Of a DNA stretch of 64,000 nucleotides, positions 61,228 through 64,000 are shown in pieces. The position numbers and the translations under genes were made by a program. This DNA comes from Desulfomonilia bacterium (GTDB taxonomy: Bacteria; Desulfobacterota; Desulfomonilia; UBA1062). Location of the stretch: the NCBI GenBank assembly GCA_963664325.2, contig CAXXDQ010000003.1, positions 832,001-896,000 on the forward strand. Direction: 5' to 3'. Position 1 is the stretch's first letter. Each line of letters opens with the position of its first letter. The notes beneath the pieces were generated by a model that was given only the letters and a program-made list of their open reading frames with translations, ran no database searches and was not told the origin of the DNA.

Positions 61228-61371
61228 GGCAGCGATCCCCTTTTACGGATATCATGACAAATTATAGAATTAGATTATATGTCCATAAAAATAATAATTA
61301 AACAGTTTTTTTCTATCCCTGTATTGTATATTTCAATATAATCATCGCATGTTCATCCTAGGAGTTGTTGA

Positions 61372-62193
61372 ATGAAAGGCTTTCCCAAGTGGCTTGTGAA
61401 GCTTAATTTCTTCCTGGCTGTGCCTGTTGTGAATTTTGGCAAGCATGCAGGGAGGCTGCCTGTTATAAAAAATATTGTAAATCTGTTTTTTATAAAATCC
61501 TTCAACCAGGTTACCGCGATTCCAATCAGCAGGCATGTTGCTGTTAATGAAAGTATCGATGCACGAAGCACAACGCTGCCTTTAGGTATGATTGACAAAC
61601 TTGTTGAAGCGGCCTCGTACGTCATGATCCTGAATGAATGTGTATGCAGGTCATATTACAGGAAAGGGCCGGTTGATATCGGCTGCATGGTGCTTGGGAA
61701 AGCTGCCCTCGATATTCATCCGTCAAACGGACGTATCATTAATACAATCGAGGCCAAAGCCCATGTTAGAAAAGCTGCGGACGCAGGTCTTGTAGCAAAT
61801 GTTGCTCATGTTTGGATTGACCCCGTCGGTTTTGGCGTTACAAGCTTTAAGAACATGCTTTTTATATGCTTCTGCGGGCATGACTCATGCCTTTACACGG
61901 ACAACCTTAATAAGCGGTGTCCGAACCTGGACAATGCTTATAAAAAGCTGGACGGCATGTCTGTTGTTATTGATGAATCATTGTGTTCAGGCTGCGGATT
62001 ATGTGCCGAAAAATGTTTTGTTTCGGCAATTAAGATGAATAACGGCAAGGCTGTCATCGGTGATGTATGCAAGGGATGCGGGAGGTGCATCAGCGAGTGC
62101 CCTGAAAAAGCGATGGGTCTTAGAATAGATGATTTTGACAGTGTTTATAGTCAGCTTCTAAAAAGGGTTTCTTGTTTTGCGGATATCGGGTAG
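61372..62193 (+). CDS. 4Fe-4S dicluster domain protein
   Basis: CVCR, ICFC..DSC, CSGCGLCAEKC, CKGCGRCISECP. Confidence 0.88.
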   Translation: MKGFPKWLVKLNFFLAVPVVNFGKHAGRLPVIKNIVNLFFIKSFNQVTAIPISRHVAVNESIDARSTTLPLGMIDKLVEAASYVMILNECVCRSYYRKGPVDIGCMVLGKAALDIHPSNGRIINTIEAKAHVRKAADAGLVANVAHVWIDPVGFGVTSFKNMLFICFCGHDSCLYTDNLNKRCPNLDNAYKKLDGMSVVIDESLCSGCGLCAEKCFVSAIKMNNGKAVIGDVCKGCGRCISECPEKAMGLRIDDFDSVYSQLLKRVSCFADIG

Positions 62194-62207
62194 GGATGCG
62201 TTTAAAA

Positions 62208-62987
62208 TTATTTCAGTTCTCTGGTTTTTGCTTTATTGAGGATCGCTGAAGATATTTCTTTAAAGTTTCGGGATATCATATACCTGTGAAGTTCATACGG
62301 ATCAGCATTCGAATTCAAAGGTAAATCAATCTGACCCCATACTATCGTGAAGGCATATTTGTAGCCGGCCTCCTTGAGCATTGTTTTCGCTGAGGCGTTT
62401 CTTACCCCGTTGGGAAATATAAAGACATCGACATTGAGTCCTAATTTCTCAAAAAGCATTTTTTTTGACTTGAAGATCTCATTTGTGAACGCCTTCTTGT
62501 CTGAAATGTAAAGCTTGTCATTCAGCGGAAGGTGGTAATAACCGTGAGATGCAATACCAAAACCTTCGTCATACAGCTTTTTAAGTTCTTCCCAGTTTAG
62601 TGCGTAATCCTTTTTGCCTATGATATTAGGATAGATGCCAAGCAGCGGTTTAATGCCCATCGGTTTGAAAACCTTCTCATCAGCCTCAAGAATGCTGTGG
62701 TTTCCATCATCAATTGTGATCAGAATATTTCTGTGGCCCTTTATAAGACCTTTTTCTATTTGCGATAACGTAACAAACTGAAAGCCGTTTTTTTTAAGGA
62801 AATTTAACTGATCCTTCAGTTCATTAGTGGAAACGTCCGTGGGGATTTTCTCTTTTCCCAGGAAAGAGTGGTAACATAAGGCGAAGACGCTCCCGTCAGT
62901 GGCATTCTGAGCCCTGCATACCCCGAGCTCCGCCAAGGACACAATAAGAAACGCTGTTAAAACAAAGACAGTCATCCGTTTTTTCAT
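62208..62987 (-). CDS. Polysaccharide deacetylase (CE4)
   Basis: LCYH, ITIDDG, SHGYYH, FPNG; signal peptide. Confidence 0.9.
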   Translation of the reverse strand: MKKRMTVFVLTAFLIVSLAELGVCRAQNATDGSVFALCYHSFLGKEKIPTDVSTNELKDQLNFLKKNGFQFVTLSQIEKGLIKGHRNILITIDDGNHSILEADEKVFKPMGIKPLLGIYPNIIGKKDYALNWEELKKLYDEGFGIASHGYYHLPLNDKLYISDKKAFTNEIFKSKKMLFEKLGLNVDVFIFPNGVRNASAKTMLKEAGYKYAFTIVWGQIDLPLNSNADPYELHRYMISRNFKEISSAILNKAKTRELK

Positions 62988-63140
62988 AGAATTAATAAAT
63001 CATGGAATGATGATCCATGCAACCGGGATGATAATTATTATTTCAAAGTGTTCTGAATTACAGCTGTTCTCAAAAAACATGCTTGCATTATGAATCACGA
63101 TTCATTAGTATTAGCGCTCATTATTGGGGAGCGGGCATTA

Positions 63141-63401
63141 ATGGGTAATCCAAAGAAAGATAAATCGATTCTTCAAATGGCAGACCTTGTAACAATGGGT
63201 ATGGCTATGGTGCTGTCCATTGTTTTAGGGCTTGTCGCAGGAATATATTTGGATAAATGGATGGGTACCGAGCCGATATTCACCCTTGTTTTCATATTCG
63301 GTGGAATTCTTGCCGGTTTCAGGATCATGTACAAGACTTATATGAAGTTTTTTGCCCAGGAAAATTCAAGGGAATCCGAAAATGATTCAGACAATGGCTA
63401 G
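63141..63401 (+). CDS. AtpZ/AtpI family protein (ATP synthase gene 1)
   Basis: GLVAGIYLDKWMGTEPIFTLVFIFGGILAGF. Confidence 0.88.
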   Translation: MGNPKKDKSILQMADLVTMGMAMVLSIVLGLVAGIYLDKWMGTEPIFTLVFIFGGILAGFRIMYKTYMKFFAQENSRESENDSDNG

Positions 63402-63768
63402 AGATCCTTCGATAAACAGTGTTGTATATCTTATAATAGCCATATGGATCGGGTTGTGCCTCATAAGCCTTCCTTTTGGCGGATGGGATTACGGGCTCGG
63501 GATATTTGTCGGAGGGGCGATAGTTTTCATAAATTTCAACTGGATGCATTCACAGGCTAAAGTGGCAGTTACAATGAGGGGAAGAAAAGCCAGCATCTAC
63601 ATGGTGCTGAAATATTTCTTCCGGCTTGCTGTAACGGCGGCGGTGATATACGCCCTGATAGTTCATACCAGGGTAAATATACCGGCGCTGCTTATTGGTA
63701 TATCAACAGTCGTGTTAAGCATTTTTGCTTATACATGCTTCTCGATAATATTCAACAGAGGGGAGTAG
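63382..63768 (+). CDS. atpI: ATP synthase protein I
   Basis: Four TM segments, GG.I..INF.W, KYFFR; lies just before atpB; start 63382 or 63394. Confidence 0.8.
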   Translation: MIQTMARDPSINSVVYLIIAIWIGLCLISLPFGGWDYGLGIFVGGAIVFINFNWMHSQAKVAVTMRGRKASIYMVLKYFFRLAVTAAVIYALIVHTRVNIPALLIGISTVVLSIFAYTCFSIIFNRGE

Positions 63769-63771
63769 TAT

Positions 63772-64000
63772 ATGGAACATGGTTTTTTATGGCTTAATTT
63801 TATCAGCGGTCCTTTAACCGAGTTTTTTAATAACCTTTTCGCGCCGTTTGTTGCCGCACATCCCGGATGGGCTCCCTTTTTCAAGGACAGCAATATGTAT
63901 AATCAGGTTGTTTACATGTGGCTTTACATGCTGTTTCTTATCGTGATAGGGTTCTTGGCGACCAGGGCGATCAAGATGGTTCCGGGAGTCCTTCAGAACT
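63772..64000 (+). CDS. atpB: F0F1 ATP synthase subunit a (partial, runs off window)
   Basis: Manual translation MEHGFLWL...VVYMWLYMLFLIVIGFLATRAIKMVPGVLQN; GGGGAG RBS; position after atpI. Confidence 0.85.
   Translation, partial: MEHGFLWLNFISGPLTEFFNNLFAPFVAAHPGWAPFFKDSNMYNQVVYMWLYMLFLIVIGFLATRAIKMVPGVLQN

Overview
A 64-kb chromosomal window from an anaerobic deltaproteobacterium (Desulfobacterota-like; inferred from gene content). Housekeeping content: motA-motB-motB-fliM-fliN, ppdK-tmk, moaC, aroF, carAB, pilT, amtB-glnK, mlaEFD, an Ech hydrogenase operon with frameshifted echB, and the start of an ATP synthase operon. Many secreted lipoproteins are interspersed. The standout is a ~10.3-kb RiPP-type cluster (24158-34508). 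It encodes five paralogous 57-67 aa precursor peptides, three of them absent from the ORF track. They share a W-x-x-P-E-L...E-x-x-L-x-x-C-K leader, four Cys, and an invariant C-x5-Ser C-terminus. The cluster also has three radical SAM/SPASM enzymes (one fused to an HPr-kinase-like domain), a PqqD/RRE, an S24/S26 peptidase-GNAT fusion, an ABC exporter and a nucleotidyltransferase. One precursor has an in-frame TGA followed by a hairpin. Other structure read from the sequence: a Phe/Tyr/Trp leader-peptide attenuator before aroF, a RAYT transposase with repeated 27-bp end motifs plus a miniature derivative and AT-rich cargo, a 126-bp inverted-repeat element overlapping the tmk start, and three tandem L-domain lipoproteins. 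All family assignments come from motif recognition by eye, not database searches.
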